Below, piece by piece: positions 36,270 through 47,890 of a stretch of DNA of 64,000 nucleotides. The stretch lies in NCBI GenBank assembly GCA_965240325.2, contig OZ251227.1:558001-622000 (forward strand), read 5' to 3'. Below the pieces are notes generated by a model. That model did not search any database. It was not told the origin of the DNA and worked only from the letters and a program-made list of their open reading frames with translations. Each line of letters starts with the position of its first letter. Within the stretch, counting starts at the first letter, position 1. The translations under genes were made by a program, and so were the position numbers. The DNA comes from Rebecca billardiae RCC1528 (lineage: Eukaryota; Protista; Haptophyta).

Positions 36270-39200
36270 TCAGGTGATATGTGCCCCGGTATGGCGTGTC
36301 GGCCTCAAGGCCGGCGGCAGGGTTCTGTTGCCCGGAGGGTTCGCTGGCTCACCAGCGGCGAGGGCCGGGGCGTCCGGCTGCTTGCGCTTGCGGGCTGGGG
36401 CCGGCACTGGTGCCACCCCTCCGCGTGTGCCGGCCTGCATGTATGGCTGCTGCCCAAGGTCCGCCTCGGCGGGCTGCTCCAGGGTGGGCTGTGCCTGCAC
36501 GCCGGGTGCGCGCGAAGCGTCGTCTCGCTGGTGAGGAGCTGCAGTGGCGCCTGCTCCGCGCGTGCGGCGCTGGCACAGCCTGGCAGACTTGCGCAGGGGC
36601 TGGGCCTCAGGCACCGCAGGCGTCGGGGGTCTGGGCTGGTCAGGAGCGGGGGCGCCAGGCCAGAGAGGCTGCTGCAGGGTATCGGAATCCGGGCTGCGCC
36701 GTTTGGCCGGCGGGCCACGCCCCACAGCGGGGGGGTCGCCACGCGGCGCGACTGGTGGTGCTTGCGCGCCGGCGCTGCTGCTGGCACCTCCCGGGCTACA
36801 CCCCGGGGGGTGTCCAAGCGGGGGGCCGCGTGCCACCGGTGACTGGGGGCTGCCTGTGAAGCCCCTGTGCATAGGGCGCTTGCCGGTGCCTGCAGCAGTG
36901 CTGGGAGGAGGCAGTGCAGAGCTGTCTGGCAACCGCCGCTGCCCATCACCAGCACCTGTGCCATGGTCCTCAGAGCAGTCGTTTGGCCGGTCCCTGGGCT
37001 GTTTGCCGCGCCGATTGCTTGTGGGGCAGAGCTCCCCGTGCTCGAGCCCCGGTCGGCTCGGCAGCGGCAGCACAGGCTGGTAGTGCCCGGTGCCATCAAA
37101 GTACACTGCTGCAAGAGTTGGGTCACGCGCAAGGAGGCGTTCGCGTACCGACTGTTGCTGGCGCGGGTCAGCTGGAGCACCTGCAGGGCCCCCCTGTGGG
37201 TGTTGCCAGCGTTGGGGGTCCGTATACACTGGGTTGTTCATGCTGGACCACCGCGGCACGTGCCTATACAGCGTGCACGCCACCAGGTGCCCGACTGCAT
37301 CCGAGCTCTCTGGCCTGCCTGCTGTCCCATCAGCAGGGGCAGTCTGGCTGGCGCGCGGCTGGAACACTGCGATGTCACGCCCCATGACGGCCGCAACCGC
37401 TGGTATCATGACAGTGGGCCAGTACCTCGACGCCCCACCGGCGGCGAGCCTGCCATCGGCCCCGTAGCTCGCTGCAGCCCTGAGCGGCGCGGCGAACTCG
37501 TGCAGGGTTGGCTGGGCACCCTGCCCATGGTACGTGGCCCTATAGCTGTCAGACATGCTGATTGCCTCCAGTCCATCAGCATCCACGAGCCCCAGTTGAA
37601 GCCGGTGTGTCCGTGAGAGATGTGCTGTGCCGAGCACCCAGTCCACAGCAGCTGCCCTGAGGAAGCGGACTGCCTGGTAGGCTGCGGTGCAGGGGCCCAC
37701 TGCAGCAGCACGTTCCTCGACATAGCCCATGGCTGCCAACAGGAGGCAGTCCCCATGCATGCAAGTAGGGTACACAGCATGCCCCACTGCTGCCAGCAGC
37801 TCAGTGGCCGCCCCGCGCCGCTGTGGCTGGACAGCAACGTAGGCGGGCATAGGTGGCAGCTGCACTGCCGGCTGCCGGTCTGCAGTAGGGTGCTGAGCGT
37901 GGCCGGCAGCCACATCGTCGATTGGGGGGCCAGCAGCGCGAGGGGTGGAGCCTGCTGCTGCTGCCAACCGCCGCTGCTGGGCAGGGGGCCCACTCACACC
38001 GTTATCATCCTGGTGTGCCAGGGCGTCTGCATCGGGCGAGCGGGGCCGCCGCCTGCTGCCACGCTGTGTGCCGTGCAGCGCAGCGCCAGCCAGGCCAGCG
38101 TGCGCTGCTGCTGGCGGCTCAGCTGCTGCGCCCTCCTGCACCGGGCCCAGCAGCTGTGCAGGCAGGGGGTGGCTCGCCTCTGCTGGAGCAAGGCCAGGCC
38201 CCAACGCAGCGGGCGCCCGCGCATCGCTGGCGGGGGCATCTGCAGCCGGTGGGGCAGCTGCTGCGCCTGTGGCCGGCTGCTGTTGCAGCAGCTCATTGGG
38301 GGCTGGCGAGTCTTCAGCAGGTGGGTCTGGCTCTTCCACCTCAGCCGCAGGGGCGGGCTCCGCCTGGCTGGCAGCCGCCCGCCCTTGCTTATGGAGGAGG
38401 GCCCAGTACTTATCCAAGTCATACGTCTTGGCATATGCCGAGCTGAGGCTCAGCGCCCTGCGCTTGTCGTGGATTTTGCTGGCGGCCAGGGCCAAGGGAT
38501 TGTGGATCATCCCCCTGGCGTACTGCACCGGCTGGCTGCCAGGCTGCTGGTGGGCAGCCAGTGCTTGCTTCACAGCAGTGACAGTGGCCTCAGTCACCTT
38601 GCCAGCATAGTAGAAGGGGTGAAGCGTCGCCTGGACCGCAAGTCGGGTGGCTTCGAGCTGTGGGATGGCGCCATTCGAGGCCTTGCGTATCGCAGCTCCC
38701 ACCCTGTCCTCAGCGTCCCGCTGTGCGTGTGCGTGCGGGCACTGATGGAAGACGTGGTGCACGCTATCCGGCCCTGGGTTTGGGTCCCCCGCCTTCAGGC
38801 AGAATAGGCACTCTGTGCCCAGGGCATAGGTCGCCCGCGAGCTGGTGCACCGTCGCCGGGCACCAGCCAGGGCCGGTGTGGCTGCCACAGCATCCGCATT
38901 GTAAACCAGTGCACCGACCGCGCAGCGCAGCACAAACTTACTGATGCGCTCGCGGCACCACTGGTTCTGAAGCGAGTGTGTGGACTCGCGGACATCGCAT
39001 GGGAGCGGGGTACCGCCCTGGTGGTCGGGTGCCTGGTCACTGTCAGGGCCAGCCAGTTTGAGCCTGTACTTCGCTGCTGCAGCAGGCGTGGCAGCATGTG
39101 CCTCCAGCGCAGCCCTGCGCGCCCTGTCCATGACGCGGGTGCGGACCTGGTTTGGGCAGGATGGTAGCAACGTGGCAGAGCCGTGCTCCATCAGTGACAC

Positions 39201-42200
39201 TCTGTACGGCAGCCAGACCATCGGCCCCAGCGCGAACGATGCCTGCTGGTCACCCCTGGCGACCTGCTTGCTGGCCCAATCAGCACACAGGTTGCAGACC
39301 GTACGGAGCGCAGCTTCGCGAGGGGTGCCTGGGGCATGTCCGAGCACTATGCGCAGCAGCGCTTCGCATTGGGCAGAGCTCACGCAGAAGGCATTGTCGC
39401 GGGCCGACCACCATGGGGCCAGGGTGTTGCCAACCAGGCGGTCTAGTTCCGCATGACCTGCCTGTTGGTGGCGAAACGCCCACTGGTGACCCGACGCCGG
39501 CGGGACGCAGATGTCCAGGAGCCGGAGGAGGCGCACCATGTGGGGGCTGCCAGAGAGGAGCTTGGCTGCGGTGCCAGTGCCCTGGCGGGGAGCAGACTCT
39601 CCCGGGGCTGTCAAGTCCGGTCGGGCGCGGAGGGTGTGGTGCAGGGCAGTATCGCAGTCCCACCCTATGTGGGCGTGCAGCACTCCAATAGTGGAGAGCA
39701 CCTTCACTCCCAGGGTGGCAGCGGCAATCTCAGAGTTCTGGGCCGACTGCTCGCCGGGGTACGTGGCAGTGAAGATGGTGATGGCGTGGCGCTCGCCGCC
39801 GGGTGTGAGGGGTAGCGCATATGCCACAGCAGCTGCCCCCTGGCCCCTGCCTGGGACGTAGGAGCCATCCACTCCGGCCATCAGCCTGTCTGTGTCGGCC
39901 TGCAGGCCGCGCACTGGCAGCCTGCCATCCGTAGGGATTTCCCGTTCGTGGGCTGCAGCCCGGTCCGCAGGGCCCAGGTGCCCGGTGAGCAGAAAGTTTT
40001 CCGGGGCGGTGAGCCAGTTGTCAACTAGCCCATCCAGCAAGGCATGGGCCAGGCGACCGCACATCCACTCCTGCGCGGGGTCGTATGCACGGAGGGCCCT
40101 CCTGCCGTCTGCTGTGAAGAGAGAGAGGACAGCTGCGGCTGCTCCCCCATTGGTGGCGCGTATCATCTGCGCGGCGGAGGTCCCACCATCATGCAGGATG
40201 CTCTCCTCCAGCATGCTCGTGTGGGCATGGCCCGGCAGGTTGGGGCCAGCCCTGGGCACTGCCATCTCGATCGTGGCACCCACAGTCATGTCGAGGATGG
40301 CGTTGAGCCGGGCAGTCCGGCTGCTGCGCTTCCGCCGAGACAGCCTATTGGCGTACGTATCCATGATGTGCTCGACACACGAGCCGCACGCCTCCCGGAG
40401 AGTGAGGAGCGCGAGTTCACGGTAGGTGGCTGGCGCCCACCGCGCAGCCCCTGCTGGGCAGGTGTTCAGCGCGCGCAGCCCACCCTCGACGAACGGGGGG
40501 TACGCTGCCGGGGCAAACCCAGGCGAGTGCAGGCAGGCATGCCACTCGCCGAGGGCACTCCGGGCCAAGTGGCCATCCGCCGCCAGCGAGTTCGCCGCCT
40601 TCAGCAGAGTGGTCACCTTCTGCCCAGCATCTCTGGCCTGGGGATCCTCTGGGCCAATGCCCCACGTCTTGGCGGGGCCGCACGCTGCGATGCGCGCGGA
40701 CGCGTGCGGCAGCCCAACACGCTGCCACACAGGGCGCAGGATCGTGGTGCGCATGCTGCGCAGCTCGTCTTTGGTGAGCTTGCTGGCACTGAGCTTGTAG
40801 TCCAGTGTGGACACCACATCATGCTGGAGGAGGGTCCCTGTCATCACAGTATGGCAACAGGGGTCCATGGCCGCCACCCCCACTCGCCACGCAGCTTTCT
40901 GGAGGCGCTCAGCCACTTTCCGAGAGTGCGCCCCCCAGGCCAACTCCATGTTGAGGTGGTATCCGAGGTACGCAAACGATTCGCGGTGCGCCGGGTCCAG
41001 GGTGGGGACGGTGGCCACCGCCTGGCCGGCCCGGGGGAACAGAGGGGCTGCTGGGCCAGCCGGCTGGCGCGCGCGCCCGTCGCGCGGGGCGCGCGCCGGC
41101 CTGTACGCGTGCACACACTTGGCGTGATTGAGAACCATGCCATGCGCAGCGAGGAACTTATGGAGGGCCTCGAGCTGGGCAGTGTTCTCCGCCGCAGTGG
41201 CGGCCACCAGGGCCAAGTCATCCATATACCCTTGCACTTGGATGCAGGCTGTCGGGGGGGCTCTCTGCGGGAGGCGGGCAGTGGCATCTAGCTGGAACGT
41301 GTATCCGGTGGCGGACGTGGCTGTGAACCACTGGATGAACATGTTCATGAACAGGCAGAACTTGATGGGGCTCAGCGGGCAGCCTTGCTTGCATCCCTTC
41401 CGGATGGGCACCGGGTGTGTAAGGCCATGTGGGGTTCTAGTGACGGCTGTGGACCCTTCGTCCAGCCGATCGAGGCTGGCGATGAGCTGCGGCGGGAACC
41501 CGTGAAGGGCCAGGGCCTGCCTGAGGGACGAGATGGGCACGCTGTCGTATGCCTTGGCAATGTCGCACGCTGTGATGTGCAGCTCGCGGTTGTGCCGTTT
41601 GGCATGTGCGATGGCGGCAGTGAGCGCGGCCACGTGCAGGTCACCTTGCCCGCCAGCGCGCGACGCGGCCTGCTCGGGCCGGAGCAGCCCCAGCCTGTCG
41701 CAGACGTGCTGTATCTGGTTGGCCCGGTGGGCCGCAGCAATCTTGTATATCACGCTCTGCAGCGCGATCCCCCGATAGTTGCTGAGGGCGAGGGCATCGC
41801 CCTTCTTGTAGAAGTACACAATCTCTGACTGGGTGATGTGTGCAGGGAGGGGAGAGGCGGAGTGCAGGATAGTGTTGATGCAGTTGACCAACACTGTCCT
41901 CAGCGCGGGCTGTGCCTCTAGTATCAGTTTGAGGCTGCAGATTTGCACCTTATCCAGCCCGGGGGCCCCGTTGGACTTGGCCCTGCCCAGGATACGCTTG
42001 AGGTCCTCGGCGCGCATGGGTGCAGTGACAGCCCTCACTAGCTCTGGGGTCCACCTGTCCCTGATCGGCCTCCATATGGCGTCGTCCTCATACGGGTGGG
42101 GCCCTGGGGTGCGTTCTGCCGGCTGACCGATGTTCGAGGCAGTGTAGGCTGCAGCTAGCTCCTTTATCCGTGCAGGGTCGTCTGTGACAACTGCTCTGCC

Positions 42201-44178
42201 AGTGGCGGGGTCGGTGGTGCGGAGGAGGGTGAGCTCGAAGCCAGATGGCCTATCCCTGGGCAGGAGCTCCTTCCGCAAGTGGTGAGTACCTTTCCGGTGC
42301 ATCTCACGGGTGAGCTTGGCATAGCGCTCCTTGATTCGAGCGGTCTCAAATCTGTGCTGGACACGCTCGAAGGCCATGAGGCAAGTTGTGCATATCTGTT
42401 TAAGGTCGGCCAGCCACAAGGCGATCTCGCGCTGGCTCAGCTGCCACAGCGCGTACAGGTTAGGGACACCCGCCTGACCTGGCGGGGCGGTGGCCCCACC
42501 CGGCAGGGGCACCCCCATGTTTCGCTGTGCCATGGGTTGAGCGGCGCGCTCCCCCCATATGTGCTCATGAGCGCGGACTGCCCTCCTGCTGTTAGGCATG
42601 GCCAGCGAGCGGATCATCTTCCCCCGCTGTGCTGCAGTGGTGAGGCCTTCAAGGCACTCGGTGTGTCTGTGGGCCCTGCGCAGCTGCAGGATGCGAGTGA
42701 CGGTGGCCACCATTCCCCTATACACTCTGTGCATGGTCAGGTGGGACTGTGCCCAGGGGTCCACTGCCCTGTTCTGGGGCCCGCCCACTGGGCGCAGCGG
42801 CTCTTTGGGGGCCTGTGCTGGGTCAGCCGCCCCCACTCCGTCCACAGCGAGGCTGGTAAGCTCCGCCAACGTGTCCGGGAGGGCCTGCTCTGCCGCCGCG
42901 CGTGCTGCTGCATCCATGTGCTCGTGGAAGTCAAGGAGGTTATTGTCATTGTACAGCGGGTGCATGGTGCCACTGTCGTCAGCTATTCTGGCCAGGGTTT
43001 GAGCTGCTGGGCCGCTGAGGGCCTGTACCACCTTGGCCCGATGCTGTGGGTCAGAGGCGCTGAAATAAAACCGGTGGGGCTGCCATCGCACATGCACTTT
43101 TGGCCGTCGTATGTGGCCTAGCTTGTCGACAGGTATGTCTGCGATCATGAAGAAGTGGGTGCTCCGACCCTCGCCGGTGGTCTGGAGCGGGATGCCGAGC
43201 GCTGCAGCAGGGTCACTGTGCCTGACGTGGCAGGCCAGGTCAGCTCTGTTCGAGAGCATGTACGAAATGCGCGAGGCGGTATTGCCACACACGTGGGTGT
43301 ACTCCGTAGCGGGGTCAAACGTGCCCGGCGGCTTCATGTTGTGCATGCCTGTCAATGACTCCATCATATTCCGGAACGTGCATGGGGACTTGTTCTGGTG
43401 CCTCCGGCGAGGGTCCAGGGCGACAGCCTCCCCCTGCGCCCAGACTGCGTTTGCATCACCTGCTGCCATCCGCAGGGCATCTGTGCGCCCAGTGACCATG
43501 TCCGAGTGCATTTCCAGAGTGTGGTGCAGGGCAGGGAGCACCGCGCTGCGCATGGCTGGGTTGCATGGGATATAGAAGCACGTGAGTTGGATGTGGTAGA
43601 CATCTCCTGCTGCTGTGGCGAATATCAGGGTGCCCATCAGGAGGTGGCCTGCCACTGACTTGTGCATGGTGCCCCCCTGCACTTGGATGTCCAGCGCAGC
43701 CATGGGCCGCGCAGGGTCCCGGCGGACAGCAATCGCTACCCCTTTGCCTGAGCTCTTATGGTGCGCTGGGAGGGGGTCGTGGTATGTGGTGTACCCCTGT
43801 AGGATGTCTGGTGTGGCCAGGGCTGACCGCAGGTTTGTCTCCTGGAGCAGTACTATGTCCCATTGGTGGTCATCCAGCAGGGTCTGGAGCATGGCCCTCC
43901 TGGAGAGCTTGGCTATGCCCCCCACGTTGACTGACGCAATGGAGAGGCGCTGCCTGCAGCCACCAGGGCCTGGGTTCTTGGCTTCGCCTTGGCGCTGGCC
44001 ATTGTCTGGGTCGCCGACACGCTGGTTGGAAGTGGCGTCCTCTGCTCGGGTGGGTTCACAGCACTGATGCCCTGCCCTGCCTGCTGCCCCGCTATGCCCG
44101 GCTGCATCATAGCCGTGCTTCACACGCAGGTGCCACTTGTGCTCGGGGGGGACATGCATGAGCATGGTAATCAGAAAC
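36270..44178 (-). CDS. LINE polyprotein, main part: APE endonuclease, reverse transcriptase, RNase H, CCHC zinc finger, OTU-like protease
   Basis: SVNVGG, IVLLQET, AGDAN; NYRGIAL, DIAKAYDSV, GCKQGCPLSP, YMDDL, YLG; VDGS..NSE..WDC..NLCAD; CLFC..HVFHQC; HGDCLL..GHY. Confidence 0.93.
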
Positions 44179-44484
44179 GACCAAGGACCCCAGTTTCTCC
44201 CGGGTAACAATTCCTCTAACTATTACTCACCCCCGTCGCGCCCGTGAAAAGTGTTACGGGCCGAGCGTAGCAGTAACATGTAACACTCTCACGCCGGACT
44301 CACGCCCGGACTGCGGGTGTCTGACCGAGCCGCACTCGCCGCCCGTGACTAAACGCCCTGGCTGAGCACACTGTCAGCCATCACTTTCACTTGAGACCGT
44401 CGGTGGCGTCGGTCTCGGATTCTCGCGGCCCGTTGCCGGCCAGTCCGGGTCCGGGTCCGGGGCCGGGCGGGTGGCGCTGGGCCC

Positions 44485-44647
44485 CGGGAGGAGGCCCCCT
44501 GTAACAGCTGTAACACCGTAACACGTAACAAGTCCGGCGCGGCGAGTCCGGGAGCCGACCGGTCCAGGTCCGGGGCGGGCGGGCCGCCCGGGCCGGGCCC
44601 GGGAGGAGGCCCCCTGTAACAGCTGTAACACCGTAACACGTAACACA
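44485..44647 (-). repeat. Left GTAAC array (2 units)
   Basis: GGGAGGAGGCCCCCTGTAACAGCTGTAACACCGTAACACGTAAC twice. Confidence 0.9.
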
Positions 44648-44877
44648 ATGGCGCCGCTCGGCCGCGGCCCGTCGGCCCGGTGAAAAAATGGCGGCGGGGC
44701 GCGCGGCGCGCAGCGTCGCGCTCGGTGCGCTCGGCGGGGCTCGAGGAACGACTGCGGACGGGCGAGCGCGCACGGGCGCGAGCACGAGTCGCGTCGCCCG
44801 CGCCCCTCCCCGAGCGACCTGCCGCCGCGTCTCGCGACGATGGCGCAGTGGCCGCTCGTCCGTGGCCGCGTGAAAAA

Positions 44878-46131
44878 ATGGCGGCGGGGCGCGCGGCGCG
44901 CAGCGTCGCGCGCCCAGGCGAGGCGTGCACGCACGAGGTTGTGTTCCTGGCAAGTGGCTCGCAGCGTACGTTCGGCGGCCGGCTGCACGTGCCGAGCAGC
45001 CGCCTGCGCGAGCTCGATGCACTCGTGGCCGCGCAGCACTTGGTGCACGGCGCGCGCGCGCCCATGGTGGTCGAGGCGCTCGGCGCGCGCGCGCGCTTCG
45101 TCGTCGATGTGGACTGCGCCTTCAGCACCGCGCCCTCCCCCTCGGACGTGGCCGCACTGCTCGTCGGCCTCTACCGCGTCGCGGAGGAGCATCTGCCCGT
45201 GCCCGTTCCCGTGGCTGGGCGCGTCGTGTACGTCTCGGCGCGCGCGCCCAGCCCCGCGACCGCCGCCGGCTCGGCGCCGGGCGTGCGCCGAGCCGGGATT
45301 CACGCGACATGGAACGACTCGGCCATCGTCTCGGCCGCTGAGGCGGCGCGCATCGCGCGCGTCCTGCTCGACTGGGCGCGCTCGCAGCCGCGGCCGCCGT
45401 GCTGGCACAAGCTCGAGATCGACTGCAGCATCTACGGGGCGGGCCTGCGCCTGCCGTTCACGGCCAAGTCGGACGGCGGCCCGCCCTACCTGCCGGCAGC
45501 CGTCGTCGCCGCCGACGAGCACGGCGCCGTGCGCTGCGCGTGGCTCGACGCGCTGCCTGCGCAGCACGCGCTGCGGCGGCTCGCGGCGGATGGCGCGCGC
45601 TGGCTCTCTCGCGCGCGGCTGCGCACCGAGCTGGTCGAGTGGAGCGCGCCGCCGCCCGCGCCCGGCCGACCGGCTGTGCCGGCGACGAGCGCCGCCGGTC
45701 GCGATGCGGCGGCCGGCGCGCGGCGCGCGGCGCTGGTCGGCTGGCTCAACGAGCAGCTGCACGCGCACGCACGAGTCTCTGGCTCGGCCGAGCGCTGGCC
45801 GCGCATCGTGCAGGTGTTTGCTGGGAGCACGGCGCACGGCCCGGTCGCGACGTGCTCGACCGCCAGCAGGTGGTGCGAGTGCAAGGGCGCCGAGCACGCG
45901 CGACGCACCGTCTTCTACTTCGCCAAGTCCGACGGCCTCGACCTGTGCTGCGCCGACGAGGCGTGCGTGCCAGCGCGCGGCGCCGGGTACGCGCGCGCCG
46001 TCTGCCTGCGCAGCATGCTCTTCTGCGCGGGCGGCGGCCGCACGGGCGCGCCGCCCCGCATCGCCGAGTTTGCCTCGCGCTTCCACGCCGCGTTCGCCAG
46101 CGGCCGTGCCGCGATGGGCCCGGCGCGTTGA
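44878..46131 (+). CDS. Archaeo-eukaryotic primase (PrimPol/NCLDV type) with C-terminal UL52-like zinc finger, 417 aa from the likely ATG
   Basis: Motif I RFVVDVD, motif II GIHATW, motif III IDCSIYGAGLRLPFTAK; Zn finger SRWCECKGAEH..TVFY..C.D..C. Confidence 0.85.
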   Translation: MAAGRAARSVARPGEACTHEVVFLASGSQRTFGGRLHVPSSRLRELDALVAAQHLVHGARAPMVVEALGARARFVVDVDCAFSTAPSPSDVAALLVGLYRVAEEHLPVPVPVAGRVVYVSARAPSPATAAGSAPGVRRAGIHATWNDSAIVSAAEAARIARVLLDWARSQPRPPCWHKLEIDCSIYGAGLRLPFTAKSDGGPPYLPAAVVAADEHGAVRCAWLDALPAQHALRRLAADGARWLSRARLRTELVEWSAPPPAPGRPAVPATSAAGRDAAAGARRAALVGWLNEQLHAHARVSGSAERWPRIVQVFAGSTAHGPVATCSTASRWCECKGAEHARRTVFYFAKSDGLDLCCADEACVPARGAGYARAVCLRSMLFCAGGGRTGAPPRIAEFASRFHAAFASGRAAMGPAR

Positions 46132-46660
46132 CGACGCGGCGGCCGTGCAGCGCGCATGCGCCCGCGCGCCGTCGCCGTCGCCGCCGCCGCCGCCCCGCCG
46201 CCGCCGCCGCCGCCGCCGCGCCCACCTCGCGCCGTCGGCCGACGGGCTCGGCAAACGAGGCGGCGTGCAAACAAGGACTCGGCGCTCGCGCCGGGGTCGG
46301 TGCAGCGCGACGCCACGCGAACCGCCGCGGTGCTCGCGCCCGTGCGCGCTCGCCCGTCCGCGTGCGCTCCTCGAGCCCCGCCGAGCGCACCGAGCGCGAC
46401 GCTGCGCGCCGCGCGCCCCGCCGCCATTTTTTCACGCGGCCACGGACGAGCGTCCACACCGCCATCGTCGCGAGACGCGGCGGCAGGTCGCTCGGGGAGG
46501 GGCGCGGGCGACGCGACTCGTGCTCGCGCCCGTGCGCGCTCGCCCGTCCGCGGGCGTTCCTCGAGCCCCGCCGAGCGCACCGAGCGCGACGCTGCGCGCC
46601 GCGCGCCCCGCCGCCATTTTTTCACCGGGCCGACGACGGGCCATGGCCGAGCGGCGCCAT

Positions 46661-47890
46661 TGTGTTACGTGTTACGGTGTTACAGCTGTAACAGGGGGGC
46701 CTCCTCCCGGGCCCGGCGGCCCGCCCGCCCCGGACCTGGACCGGTCGGCTCCCGGACTCGCCGCGCCGGACTTGTTACGTGTTACGGTGTTACAGCTGTT
46801 ACAGGGGGCCTCCTCCCGGGCCCGGCGGCCCGCCCGCCCCGGCCCCGGACCGGCCGGCTCCCGGACTCTGCGCCGCGCCGGACTTGTTACGTGTTACGGG
46901 CCCCGTGTTACAGCTGTTACAGGGGGCCTCCTCCCGGGCCCGGCGCGGCCGGCCCGCGCCGGCAGCCCCGGACTCGGACCGGAGCCGGACTAGTGTTACG
47001 TGTTACGGTGTTACAGCTGTTACAGGGGGCCTCTGACTGGCTCCTCCCGGGCCGCGAGGCCCGGGCCCGCCGGCAGCCCCGGACCCGGATGACGCGCCGG
47101 ACTTGTTACGTGTTACGGTGAGTTACAGCTGTTACTTACAGGGGGCCTCCCGTCCCGGGCCCGGCGCGGCCGGCCCGCCGGCAGCCCCGGACTCCGGGAC
47201 GAGCCGGACTTGTTACGTGTTACGGTGTTACAGCTGTTACAGGGGGCCTCCTCCCGGGCCGCGAGGCCCGGGCCCGCCGGCAGCCCCGGACCCGGACGCG
47301 CCGGACTTGTTACGTGTTACGGTGTTACAGGCTACAGCTGTTACAGGGGGCCTCCTCCCGGGCCCGGCGCGGCCGCCCGGCCGGCCCGCCGGCAGCCCCG
47401 GACTCCGGGACGAGCCGGACTTGTTACGTGTTACGGTGTTACAGCTGTTACAGGGGGCCTCCTCCCGGGCCGCGAGGCCCGGGCCCGCCGGCAGCCCCGG
47501 ACCCGGACGCGCCGGACTTGTTACGTGTTACGGTGTTACAGCTGTTACCGAGCCTGGGGCCTCCTCCCGGGCCCGGCGCGGCCGGCCCGCCGGCAGCCCC
47601 GGACTCCGGGACGAGCCGGACTTGTTACGTGTTACGGTGTTACAGCTGTTACAGGGGGCCTCCTCCCGGGCCGCGAGGCCCGGGCCCGCCGGCAGCCCCG
47701 GACCCGGACGCGCCGGACTTGTTACGTGTTACGGTGTTACAGCTGTTACAGGGGGCCTCCTCCCGGGCCCGGCGCGGCCCGGCCCGCCGGCAGCCCCGGA
47801 CTCCGGGACGAGCCGGACTTGTTACGTGTTACGGTGTTACAGCTGTTACAGGGGGCCTCCTCCCGGGCCGCGAGGCCCGGGCCCGCCGGC
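46661..47890 (+). repeat. Right GTTAC tandem array (~12 units of ~100 bp, alternating A/B spacers)
   Basis: Core TTGTTACGTGTTACGGTGTTACAGCTGTTACAGGGGGCCTCCTCCCGGG. Confidence 0.92.

Noticed and set aside
38380-38830. Dualen/RandI-type restriction-like endonuclease after the CCHC finger
   Set aside because: No RH..PD..D/E..K motif is visible; the region looks like an L1-type C-terminal segment
44171-44180. 10-bp TSD instead of 8-bp
   Set aside because: It matches only for copy 2; copy 1 has a mismatch, and the 8-bp reading puts both TIRs in register
46661-47890. CRISPR-like array
   Set aside because: Spacers are not unique (two alternating types), the context is eukaryotic, and there are no cas genes
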